A DNA stretch of 32,000 nucleotides, taken from positions 1,620,001 to 1,652,000 of the forward strand of contig NZ_CP036280.1 of assembly GCF_007748075.1 (NCBI RefSeq), given 5' to 3'. The stretch comes from Mucisphaera calidilacus (GTDB lineage Bacteria > Planctomycetota > Phycisphaerae > Phycisphaerales > Phycisphaeraceae). The notes beneath the pieces were generated by a model. The model was not told the DNA's origin. It searched no databases and saw nothing but the letters and a program-made list of their open reading frames with translations. A program made the translations under genes and the position numbers. Of this stretch, positions 16,163 through 23,962 are shown piece after piece. The stretch's first letter is position 1; each line of letters opens with the position of its first letter.

Positions 16163-17185
16163 TCATGAGAGCGTGACGGTTCGGCCCGTGCGAACACTCT
16201 CGACTTCTGCCTCGATCACCGTCAAAGAAGTCGCCGCGTCTTCAACCGTGACGACATCAGGCGTCCGGCCGTTGCGGATGCAATCGATGAAGTAGGCCAG
16301 CTCGTGCTGATAGCCCATGTTGGGGTCTAACTCGATCGCTTGGGTGTCGCCCCCTGCGTGGTGAAGCGTGAGTGGATGCTCCGCGGCGAGGTCGAAGACG
16401 GCCGTGGCCTTCTCGAAATTAACCGCGTACTGCATGGTGAACGGGAAGGATGACGCCATCGCCCAGCCGCCTTCGGCTGTGACCAGCGGGACGTCGTCGT
16501 AGTGATACTGCGTGGTGATGTGATCAACCGCGTCCGTGACGGTGCTGTAGCCACGGCTGGTCACGGCCGCCGGCACGCCGAAGCAGTATTGCACGAAGTC
16601 GGTGTCGTGGATGTGGAGGTCGAGTGCCGCTCCGCCACAGGCATCCCCGTTGAGGTAGAACGCTCCTCCGGGATGGGCGGCCACACGCCGGAACGTTGCA
16701 GCGTGCACCGAGCCGTAGGTCTTCTGGTCGACCGCCTGCTTGAGCCAGTCCCAGCCCGGCCAGAACCGCATGCACATGGCCACCATGGTCATGCCCGAGG
16801 CCCGACGGGCCGCAGCGACCAGTTGCTCGGCCTGATCGAGGGTGCGTGCGACCGGCTTCTCGATCAGAACATGCTTACCCGCTTCCATGGCCTGAACAGC
16901 GAATCGCAGGTGGGCGGGGGTCGGCAGGCAGATATCGACCACGTCCACCGCCCCCTCTTTGATGAGTGCCCCGGCGTCGCTGAAGCGTTCAACCTGTTCC
17001 AGGTCAAAACCGCCTTGCGCCTGCCCCTCGATATTGCCCCCCGCACGCTCCTTGCCGCTCAGCCGGTCGGGGTCGGCATCGGCGACCGCGGTGATCTCCA
17101 CCCCTTCCATCTGGCTGTAAACATCCAGGTGCGTGTTGCCCATCATGCCAAGGCCGCAGACGCCAACTCTGATCATCTCGAACAC
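16163..17185 (-). CDS. Gfo/Idh/MocA-family NAD(P)-dependent oxidoreductase (cytoplasmic)
   Basis: N-terminal Rossmann motif IRVGVCGLGMMGNTH and the family EKP motif (HVLIEKPVARTLDQAEQL). No signal peptide. Last gene of a minus-strand run. Confidence 0.9.
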   Translation of the reverse strand: MFEMIRVGVCGLGMMGNTHLDVYSQMEGVEITAVADADPDRLSGKERAGGNIEGQAQGGFDLEQVERFSDAGALIKEGAVDVVDICLPTPAHLRFAVQAMEAGKHVLIEKPVARTLDQAEQLVAAARRASGMTMVAMCMRFWPGWDWLKQAVDQKTYGSVHAATFRRVAAHPGGAFYLNGDACGGAALDLHIHDTDFVQYCFGVPAAVTSRGYSTVTDAVDHITTQYHYDDVPLVTAEGGWAMASSFPFTMQYAVNFEKATAVFDLAAEHPLTLHHAGGDTQAIELDPNMGYQHELAYFIDCIRNGRTPDVVTVEDAATSLTVIEAEVESVRTGRTVTLS

Positions 17186-17200
17186 TCCATCAAGATCGGT

Positions 17201-18037
17201 TCACATCGAAAGGATACGGGACAACGCGGAAGCGGTGCGCTCCAGCAGGCCGTCGCTGTGCGGGATCATCTCCGCGACGATCGTTTGGCTGTAGCCGATG
17301 GCCCGAAGAGCGGCCATGGTCTCGGCCCAGGGCATGTCGCCATCGAGCAGATCACAGAAGCCATCGAGCGAACCGACGGATTGCTTGAAGTCCTTGACGT
17401 GCACCCGGCGTATGCGCTGTGCCAGCACCTCGATCCAGTGGGGCGGGTGCTGGTGATATCCGAGCAGATTGCCCGCGTCGAAGTAGACGCCAAGCCTCGG
17501 GTGATCAAAACCGTCCACGAACGAACACAGCTCCAGCGGCGAGTAGAACAGGCCGTTCCAGACGTTCTCGATCAGCAGGTCGACACCCGCCTCTTCGGCC
17601 ACCGGCAGCAGGCGTGATACCGCTTCGCGTGCACGCTCGACCGCGTGGTCGTATCGGATCAGGTCGGGGCTGATCGGGCTCTTGACGACACCGGGCACAA
17701 ACAGCAGCGCCTTGAGCCCCAGCGCTCCTGCGACACGCAGAGCACCCGAGTGCAGCTCGATGGCTTTCTCGCGCACCGATGCGTCGTCCGACGTCGGGTT
17801 GAACCCCCAACTCATGCCGCTGGCCAGCGTTTCTACGGTGAGGCTTGACCCCTCGATCTGCTGACGCAGCACCCGGCACTCTGCGTCCGTGAGATCGGGG
17901 CGAACCACGCCCTCGGGCCCGACACAGAGCTCCAGCGCCGAAAAGCCGGCCTCTTGTGCTTCCGCCAGGGCCTGATCGAGTGGATGGGTATTCTCAAGCC
18001 CCTGCTTGAGAGACCAGTAGCTGATGCCTGCGATCAC
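17201..18037 (-). CDS. Xylose-isomerase-like TIM-barrel protein (sugar phosphate isomerase/epimerase family)
   Basis: Family-typical segments: GFSALELC, LKALLFVPG, IENVWNGLFYSPLELCSFVD, VYFDAGNLLGY, VHVKDF, YSQTIVAEM. Only 15 nt from the downstream oxidoreductase gene. Confidence 0.8.
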   Translation of the reverse strand: MIAGISYWSLKQGLENTHPLDQALAEAQEAGFSALELCVGPEGVVRPDLTDAECRVLRQQIEGSSLTVETLASGMSWGFNPTSDDASVREKAIELHSGALRVAGALGLKALLFVPGVVKSPISPDLIRYDHAVERAREAVSRLLPVAEEAGVDLLIENVWNGLFYSPLELCSFVDGFDHPRLGVYFDAGNLLGYHQHPPHWIEVLAQRIRRVHVKDFKQSVGSLDGFCDLLDGDMPWAETMAALRAIGYSQTIVAEMIPHSDGLLERTASALSRILSM

Positions 18038-18106
18038 GTCATACTCCGGTGGTTGGGTGGTGAATCGACGCCGTGCGTCGGTACGGGATAACGCGGGAGC
18101 GCATCG

Positions 18107-19114
18107 TCATCGCGACACCCCCGCGTGAGCAGAAATCGGGAGCTGCTGCGGGAACACCTCGTGCTCCAGGCTGCCGTCCCGGACGTAGCCGGTGATCTCA
18201 TCGAGGATCATCTGTCCCATCCGTGCGCACTCGCCGTCCATGGACCCTGCGATGTGAGGCGTGAGGAACACGTTCTCCAACGTGTAGAGCGTCGAGGACT
18301 CGTCCGGCGGCTCAGGATCAGTGACATCCAGATAGAAATCGAGGTCCTGTCGTTCCTGCGCCAGTCGCATCAGGGCGGGCTCGTCGATCAGCCCGCCACG
18401 GGCGGTGTTGATCAATGATGCGTTGGCGGGCAGCCTGCCCAGAAGATCGGCCCCGAACATGCCGCGTGTCTCATCGGTCAGGGGCGTGTGCAGCGACACG
18501 ACGTTCGACCGCGCAAACAGCGTCGGCAGGTCCACCGACTCAACCCCCAGATCCGCCATCACCTCCTGCTGCACGAACGGATCATGAACCAGCACCCGTA
18601 CGTCCAGGGATTTCAGCCGATCCAGAACCAGCCGCCCGATCGAACCGAGCGAGACCAGCCCCACGGTGGACTGATAGGCCCCGGGCATGTCGACGCGGAC
18701 TCTCTTGCGGGCAAGGCGGTAAGTCTCCCGATGGCGGAGCACCCGTTTCAACGCGTAAATGATCGTGGCAAACGTGAACTCGGCAACGGGCACCGCGTTG
18801 GCGTCGGTCGCAGTGGTGATGCGGATGCCGCGTTCCCAGATGTCCGGCGTCACAAACGGGGCGATCGATCCCGCGCCGTGACAGATCAGCCTCAGCGACG
18901 GGAACTGATCGAGCCTCTCCGGCCCGAGCCGTGGCAGCCCCCAGGTGCTGAGGATCACTTCGACGTCCCGGTGCACCACGCCCGGCGCAAACGCCTCCGC
19001 GGTCGGGAGCGGGTCGCTGCTCATCGGCATCAGATCGCTGATCTGTTCCCTGATGTGGTCTGGATAAACTTGTCCGGCAAACGGCTCATCGACGACGAAG
19101 CATCCTGTGGTCAT
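18107..19114 (-). CDS. D-isomer-specific 2-hydroxyacid dehydrogenase family protein (NAD-binding)
   Basis: VGLVSLGSIGRLVLDRL (GxGxxG), LINTARGGLIDEPAL (Arg), DVTDPEPP (Glu) and TPHIAGS (His). Its start overlaps the upstream stop in ATGA at 19111-19114. Confidence 0.85.
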   Translation of the reverse strand: MTTGCFVVDEPFAGQVYPDHIREQISDLMPMSSDPLPTAEAFAPGVVHRDVEVILSTWGLPRLGPERLDQFPSLRLICHGAGSIAPFVTPDIWERGIRITTATDANAVPVAEFTFATIIYALKRVLRHRETYRLARKRVRVDMPGAYQSTVGLVSLGSIGRLVLDRLKSLDVRVLVHDPFVQQEVMADLGVESVDLPTLFARSNVVSLHTPLTDETRGMFGADLLGRLPANASLINTARGGLIDEPALMRLAQERQDLDFYLDVTDPEPPDESSTLYTLENVFLTPHIAGSMDGECARMGQMILDEITGYVRDGSLEHEVFPQQLPISAHAGVSR

Positions 19115-19518
19115 GCAATGGCTCTCACACGTCGGGGGGATAGCAGAGAAGCCAACACCATAACTGATCCCAAAGCCGGTTCGGGCACCGACCGTGTGTT
19201 GCCGAAGTTCGCGGCCAGGACACTCAGGTCGAGTAGATCCACCGCGGCATCGGCGTTGATGTCGCCGGTGGAATAACGCACGTCACTGCTGCTGCCGAAG
19301 GAAGAGGCCAGCGTGCTCAGATCGAGAAGATCGACGCGTCCGTCGAGATTCAGGTCGCCAAGAAACGTGTTGAGGTAGTCCGCGCCCATAATCAGGAGGA
19401 GCAGGTCATTGAGATCGGCGTCCTGATCCTCGTCGAGGTCGTACTCCGGATTGCCCAGATTCATCGCGAGCAGGTCCACGTCCTCCACGGACAGGACACC
19501 GTCATCGTTGAAATCGCC
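19111..19518 (-). other. C-terminal module: 4 dockerin-like EF-hand loops plus a PEP-CTERM sorting signal (copy 1)
   Basis: GDFNDDGVLSVEDVDLL, YDLDEDQDADLNDLLLL, GDLNLDGRVDLLDLSTL and GDINADAAVDLLDLSVL, followed by VPEP, a hydrophobic helix and RRVR. Confidence 0.75.
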
Positions 19519-20901
19519 CGGCACCTTCGGAGCCTTGAGCAGCCGCAGGACGACCGTCTCGTAGGCGTCCAGCTCGAAGGAGAGGTTCGTTCCGTCATAG
19601 CCGATGAACTGAGAGCCGAAGGAACTCGGCGCGAGGTTCCATGTGACGCCGTCCAGACTCGACATCCCGGCGAGCCAGATGTCGCCATGGAGCATCGACA
19701 CCTGTATATATTCCGACCAGTCCGTGCTCAGGTCGGCCCCGACGAGATCGGTCCAGCCCACAAGACTCGCTTCCTGCCAGCCCCCCGGGTTGGTGATTCC
19801 GATGTAGTCGGCGTCCTCGTCGGAGCGTGTCCAGACCTGGAGGTCCACCTCATCGTCGGTAAAGTTTCGTTGGACCGGATCGACCACCGTTGTGACGACC
19901 AGTGACTCCGCAGCCTCTTCCATCACCAGAACATCGGACAGAGCCTGAACCTCAGCGCCCACGTCAATGAAGTTCTGCCACTGGTTCGGCGAATCGTTCA
20001 CCATGTCCCACCTCGAGCGTGGCGCCCAGTAGAAACTCGAGAAACCGGCTCCCGCGGCCACCGACAGGTGGAACTGTGCACGCAGCTGGTCGTAAGTTGG
20101 CAGGATATTCTCGGCGGTCAGGGGGATCGGGTTGTTCTGCGGGTAGAACGTGCGCAGGTCGTGGCCCTGCAGCACCGAGCCGATCGTCGTCGTCGGCACG
20201 ATGGCTTCCGCGGCCGCGAAGTCCGTGTAGATCGGGACCAGATCCTCACTGGTCGGCCCGGTGGAGGGGATCGGGTAACGGTCGATAAAGACCGCGTCCG
20301 TGTGTGCCCACATGTCCGAGGCAGGGTAGGCACTGCGTGACGCGTGCTTGGGGCCATCGACGATGACCGCGGGATGATCCGAATCGGCCGACTTGATGGC
20401 CTGGTAGGCGGTTGCCATGTGCTGCGGCGAGATCTCGTCTGTTCTGAGCAACGGCTCGTCCATGATGATCCAGAAACGCAGCGCCGGCTTGTTCTTCAAG
20501 GCACTCACCGCGGTCTGGATGGCCGATGCGTTCTGGCTGTAGACCGCCTCGCGCGGCAGGCCGAGCATCACGCCCACACCCGCCTGATGGGCCAGGTCGA
20601 GATAGGTGGAGGCATCGTCGATCCAGTCCTCGATGCGTTTGCCCGACGAGACCAGGTTCCAGCTGAGGCTCTCGAAGTAGTAGTCGTGCGTGACGTTGAA
20701 CCCGGCTTCGACAACGCCGCCAAACTCGGTCCAGTCGTCCGAGGGATCCCGGAAGGTGCCGTAGAGAAAGGTTCGCTCACCGTCGACCACGGGCATACCG
20801 TCGTCGTCGAAGTAAACCTCCACCGCGGCCGCTTCGCTGATCATCAGCAGAACGGCGGTGATGATGATGCAACCCATTCCGAACACAACTCTGAAGGGCA
20901 T
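19111..20901 (-). CDS. Secreted DEP-motif hydrolase-like protein with a beta-sandwich, four dockerin-like Ca-loops and a PEP-CTERM anchor
   Basis: AGGAGA 6 nt upstream of the ATG, with a signal peptide. It aligns by eye with 20949-22625 (FLYGTFRD/FVVGSFRS, GFNVTHDY/GVSWVHDY, PALRFWIIMDEP/PALWFWYLYDEP, DAVFIDRYPI/DAMWPDRYPI, VLQGHD/VLQLHD, GAGFSSFYWAP/GARGFSYYWAP). DEP codons at 20452-20460. C-terminal VPEPALGSVMVLASLLSPRRVRAIA. Confidence 0.75.
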   Translation of the reverse strand: MPFRVVFGMGCIIITAVLLMISEAAAVEVYFDDDGMPVVDGERTFLYGTFRDPSDDWTEFGGVVEAGFNVTHDYYFESLSWNLVSSGKRIEDWIDDASTYLDLAHQAGVGVMLGLPREAVYSQNASAIQTAVSALKNKPALRFWIIMDEPLLRTDEISPQHMATAYQAIKSADSDHPAVIVDGPKHASRSAYPASDMWAHTDAVFIDRYPIPSTGPTSEDLVPIYTDFAAAEAIVPTTTIGSVLQGHDLRTFYPQNNPIPLTAENILPTYDQLRAQFHLSVAAGAGFSSFYWAPRSRWDMVNDSPNQWQNFIDVGAEVQALSDVLVMEEAAESLVVTTVVDPVQRNFTDDEVDLQVWTRSDEDADYIGITNPGGWQEASLVGWTDLVGADLSTDWSEYIQVSMLHGDIWLAGMSSLDGVTWNLAPSSFGSQFIGYDGTNLSFELDAYETVVLRLLKAPKVPGDFNDDGVLSVEDVDLLAMNLGNPEYDLDEDQDADLNDLLLLIMGADYLNTFLGDLNLDGRVDLLDLSTLASSFGSSSDVRYSTGDINADAAVDLLDLSVLAANFGNTRSVPEPALGSVMVLASLLSPRRVRAIA

Positions 20902-20948
20902 CGCGTTTCTCCTGTGGAATCATCCGTCCGCGTCCGGTTACTTCCGAC

Positions 20949-22625
20949 TTACTCGCTCGACGACCAGGGGGCCTTCACAATGATGACGCCCGACGGCCCA
21001 AGGACCAGTCGGTTTCCGTTCAATCGGCTGCCGGCGTACGCGCTGTGGACACTCCAGTCGCTCACACCACGGACCACGGGAAGCGTGACCTCAACCGAGT
21101 TGTAGACGTCGGTGTTGACCGCGGCGATATACAGGTGCGCGTCATGGACGCGTGACCACTGCATCGTCTTGCCGCCCGCGGGCTGCTGCAGCGAGACGTC
21201 AACGTCCGGCTCGTCCGCGAGCACGATCGGTTCGAGGTCCCTGAACTCGTGAACGACCCGGGTGAAGTGCTTCCAGTGCTGGGGCGCATCCTTCTCGAGC
21301 GAGTACCAGTAGGTGGGTGCCCAGTAGTAAGAGAAGCCACGCGCCCCGCCGACCAGCGCCAGGTGCCCCATGGCGCGGACCTCGTCCGCCGTCGGGCGAT
21401 GGTCGGCATCAGAGGGCATGGCGAGTTCCGGGTTGGACTTGCGCAGCCAGGGGATGCTCCTGTTGTCGTGCAGCTGCAGCACCGGTGCGATCGGCTGGTC
21501 CGGGCCGATCAGCTGACGCACCCGCTGGATGTCCGAGTAGACCGGCGTCGTGGTGACCATCTCCCGCCCCGTCGCGGTAATGGGGTAGCGGTCGGGCCAC
21601 ATGGCGTCCGTGAACGGGTGATAGACGGCATTCGTCTCTTCGAGGTGACAGACCAGGACAACCGGGTGGTTCGGGTCCATCCGCTTGATCGTTTTGTAGG
21701 TCTTGGAGATCGAGGTCACCGGGACGTGCTGAGGCTTGGGCTCGTCGTAGAGATACCAGAACCACAGCGCCGGCTCGTCGGACAATTCGCTCACCCACCG
21801 GGCGACAAACGCCTCGTCCGCATCGACCACTGCCGGACGTGGGATGCTCATCGCGACGCCGAGACCGAGTTCGTGCGCACGGCGGAGGTAGGCACGAGCT
21901 TGCTCAAGAAACGCCTCGAACCCCATTTTCTCAAGATCGCGCACGCGCCCGTTCTTGTAGTCGTGCACCCAGGAGACCCCCGCGGCCTGCGCCGTTGGCA
22001 ACGCGTCGATGTGACGATCCGTCTGCCCGCTCCGGAAAGATCCGACGACAAACAACGGCTTGCCATCAACAATCAGTTCGCCTTGTGATCCATAAGCCAC
22101 AGGCGTCGGGTCCGGCTGATAGTTGGCCCAGAAGGAGAAGCTCAACAGTTCATCGGCTTTGCCCGGCTTGTCGGGATGCCTGTACTGGAACTCGATGATG
22201 TTGAAACCTCGACGAAGCTCGCGGTCCGGGCGAAGCGTCAGCCGCGTCCCCAGGACTGACCACGCATCAGGCGGCAGCGCCTCGCCATTGAGGAGGAATC
22301 CCTCGACCTCGATCTCCTTACGGGCGACCGCGGCGAGATCCAGATAGAAGGGGCCGTGAGGCGATGTCGTGAAGCCCGGTTCCATGTCGACACGCGGCAT
22401 CAGTGAGAAGGCCTTGTGGCGTTCATGACGCTGCGCCGCATAGGTGTCCGCCCCCGGCAGACCGAGCTTCTCGCTGAGCAGCAGCTTCACTTCCGGTTCC
22501 GGCGTCGCCTGGATGCGCGGGTCCTCTTGCTCGGGCGCGGCGGGGTTGGCCGGCTGGGCGACCACTGGGCAGATCGCGGCAAAGAGACAGACGAAAAGCG
22601 GGATGACAACCGGGTTTCGGAGCAT
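20949..22625 (-). CDS. Secreted DEP-motif hydrolase-like protein (paralogue of 19111-20901) with an extra ~180-aa N-terminal domain
   Basis: Signal peptide MLRNPVVIPLFVCLFAAICPVVA/QP. DEP codons at 21738-21746. Paralogy motifs are listed under 19111-20901. It ends in a beta-sandwich-like segment (..LVLGPSGVIIVKAP). Confidence 0.7.
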   Translation of the reverse strand: MLRNPVVIPLFVCLFAAICPVVAQPANPAAPEQEDPRIQATPEPEVKLLLSEKLGLPGADTYAAQRHERHKAFSLMPRVDMEPGFTTSPHGPFYLDLAAVARKEIEVEGFLLNGEALPPDAWSVLGTRLTLRPDRELRRGFNIIEFQYRHPDKPGKADELLSFSFWANYQPDPTPVAYGSQGELIVDGKPLFVVGSFRSGQTDRHIDALPTAQAAGVSWVHDYKNGRVRDLEKMGFEAFLEQARAYLRRAHELGLGVAMSIPRPAVVDADEAFVARWVSELSDEPALWFWYLYDEPKPQHVPVTSISKTYKTIKRMDPNHPVVLVCHLEETNAVYHPFTDAMWPDRYPITATGREMVTTTPVYSDIQRVRQLIGPDQPIAPVLQLHDNRSIPWLRKSNPELAMPSDADHRPTADEVRAMGHLALVGGARGFSYYWAPTYWYSLEKDAPQHWKHFTRVVHEFRDLEPIVLADEPDVDVSLQQPAGGKTMQWSRVHDAHLYIAAVNTDVYNSVEVTLPVVRGVSDWSVHSAYAGSRLNGNRLVLGPSGVIIVKAPWSSSE

Positions 22626-22690
22626 TGAAGTGTCCTGAAAAAGGAAGGTAGGGCTGGGATCAGAAAGTAACGAACGGCGTCCGGCGGGGA

Positions 22691-23485
22691 TCAGAGGCCC
22701 GGGTCCGAGGGATCCGTCGCCTGGTATTTGTATTCATATCCACTGGCGCTACGCGAGTAGGCCGCCTGATCGTTGTTAACCTCAGCGATGTACTCTTCAT
22801 TGACCGAACCCGCGTGACCGTCAGCAAAAGCGGCGTTCGCCGATCCGCCGTGACGCAACGCCAAGCGGTTCTCGTTGTTGGTGCCCCCCTGCGGACGAAT
22901 CGTGTACCACGACAAGCCGCGCGGGTCATCGTCCAGGGCGGGACTACGCATGGAATCTGAGAAGACAAAGAACTCGCTCGCTTCCATGATGGCGTCGAGT
23001 TTGCGGTAATTCTCCCTGACCTGTGCGTTCGCAAAGTTCTCCCCGGACTCGACCCACTGCCGCATGCCGTAGACGTGCTGCCAGAAGTTGTCGGGGCGGA
23101 GCGACATCGCCTCCTGACTGCTTTCGGGGGTGGCCGAGGGGCAGTAGAAGACGCCTGACTCGGCGACGTTCTGCCCGCCGCCCACGAGTTGCTGATCCCC
23201 GACGTAGCCGTTGAGCGCGAGCTTGAAAGGCCAGAAGCGCTTGGTGAGGTTGGCTTCGTTATTCTCGACGCCTCGGTTAATCACGTGCCCCGGGATGAGG
23301 TAGTTGTTGTCGACCGCGTAGGCCACCATGCCCAGAGCGAGTTGCTTCTGATTGCCGGCGCAGATGCTCGCGCGGGCCGCGTTCCTGGCCGCCCCGAGGG
23401 CCGGCAGGAGGATCCCGATCAACAATGCGATGATGGAGATGACGACGAGGAGTTCGATCAGTGTGAACGCGGTGCGGTGTCTCAT
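22691..23485 (-). CDS. Prepilin-type N-terminal cleavage/methylation protein of the DUF1559 / H-X9-DG class (pseudopilin-like)
   Basis: N-terminus [37 protein letters not shown] is a class-III signal with a methylation site. The C-terminal [13 protein letters not shown] fits H-X9-DG exactly. Confidence 0.9.
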   Translation of the reverse strand: MRHRTAFTLIELLVVISIIALLIGILLPALGAARNAARASICAGNQKQLALGMVAYAVDNNYLIPGHVINRGVENNEANLTKRFWPFKLALNGYVGDQQLVGGGQNVAESGVFYCPSATPESSQEAMSLRPDNFWQHVYGMRQWVESGENFANAQVRENYRKLDAIMEASEFFVFSDSMRSPALDDDPRGLSWYTIRPQGGTNNENRLALRHGGSANAAFADGHAGSVNEEYIAEVNNDQAAYSRSASGYEYKYQATDPSDPGL

Positions 23486-23519
23486 GGATAGCTGCCTTGC
23501 TGGAGAGGGTGCACGGAGA

Positions 23520-23553
23520 TTAAAACCGATCGTCGCTTCTCAGCGGCGATCGG
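23520..23553 (-). terminator. Intrinsic terminator downstream of the 23570-24739 gene
   Basis: On the minus strand: CCGATCGCCGC-TGAGAA-GCGACGATCGG, an 11-bp stem with one G-U pair (stem arms at plus-strand 23526-23536 and 23543-23553). It is followed by TTTTAAT and starts 17 nt after the TAA stop. Confidence 0.6.
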
Positions 23554-23569
23554 CGTTGGGTACGAAGCG

Positions 23570-23962
23570 TTAGGCCGTTCGTCGGCGGCCCGCGATGGCC
23601 GCGAGCGCCAGCAGGGACAGGCCCGCCGGTTCCGGGACCGCGTTGGAGCTGCCGAAACCGTTGGCGAGGATGCTGAGGTCAAGCAGGTCAACGACGCCGT
23701 CGCCGTTGAAGCTGCCGCCCTCCCAGCCGGCGGCGTTGTTGAAGTTGCTCGCGAGCGAGGACAGGTCGAGGAGGTCAACCTGCTTATCGAGGTTGGCGTC
23801 GCCGAAGAACGTGTCGAGGAAGTCCGGGTCGGTCACCAGCATGATGACGTCATCGGCATCAGAAACGAGGTCACCGTTGAGGTCGTAGGCCGGGTCGCCC
23901 AGGTTGGCGTAGAGCAGGTCGATGTCCTCGGCGTCGAGATCGCCGCTGCCGTTGAAGTCGCC
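23570..23962 (-). other. C-terminal module: 4 dockerin-like EF-hand loops plus a PEP-CTERM sorting signal (copy 2)
   Basis: GDFNGSGDLDAEDIDLL, YDLNGDLVSDADDVIML, GDANLDKQVDLLDLSSL and GSFNGDGVVDLLDLSIL, followed by VPEP, a hydrophobic helix and RRR. It is collinear with copy 1 at 19111-19518. Confidence 0.75.

Noticed and set aside
19111-19518. Short recurring nucleotide motifs (GTCGA.CTGCTCGA-like) that might be taken for tandem or CRISPR-like repeats.
   Set aside because: They lie in frame within the CDS and encode the repeated D-x-x-D-L-L-D-L dockerin-like loops. The spacing is irregular and the copies have diverged, so this is not a repeat array.
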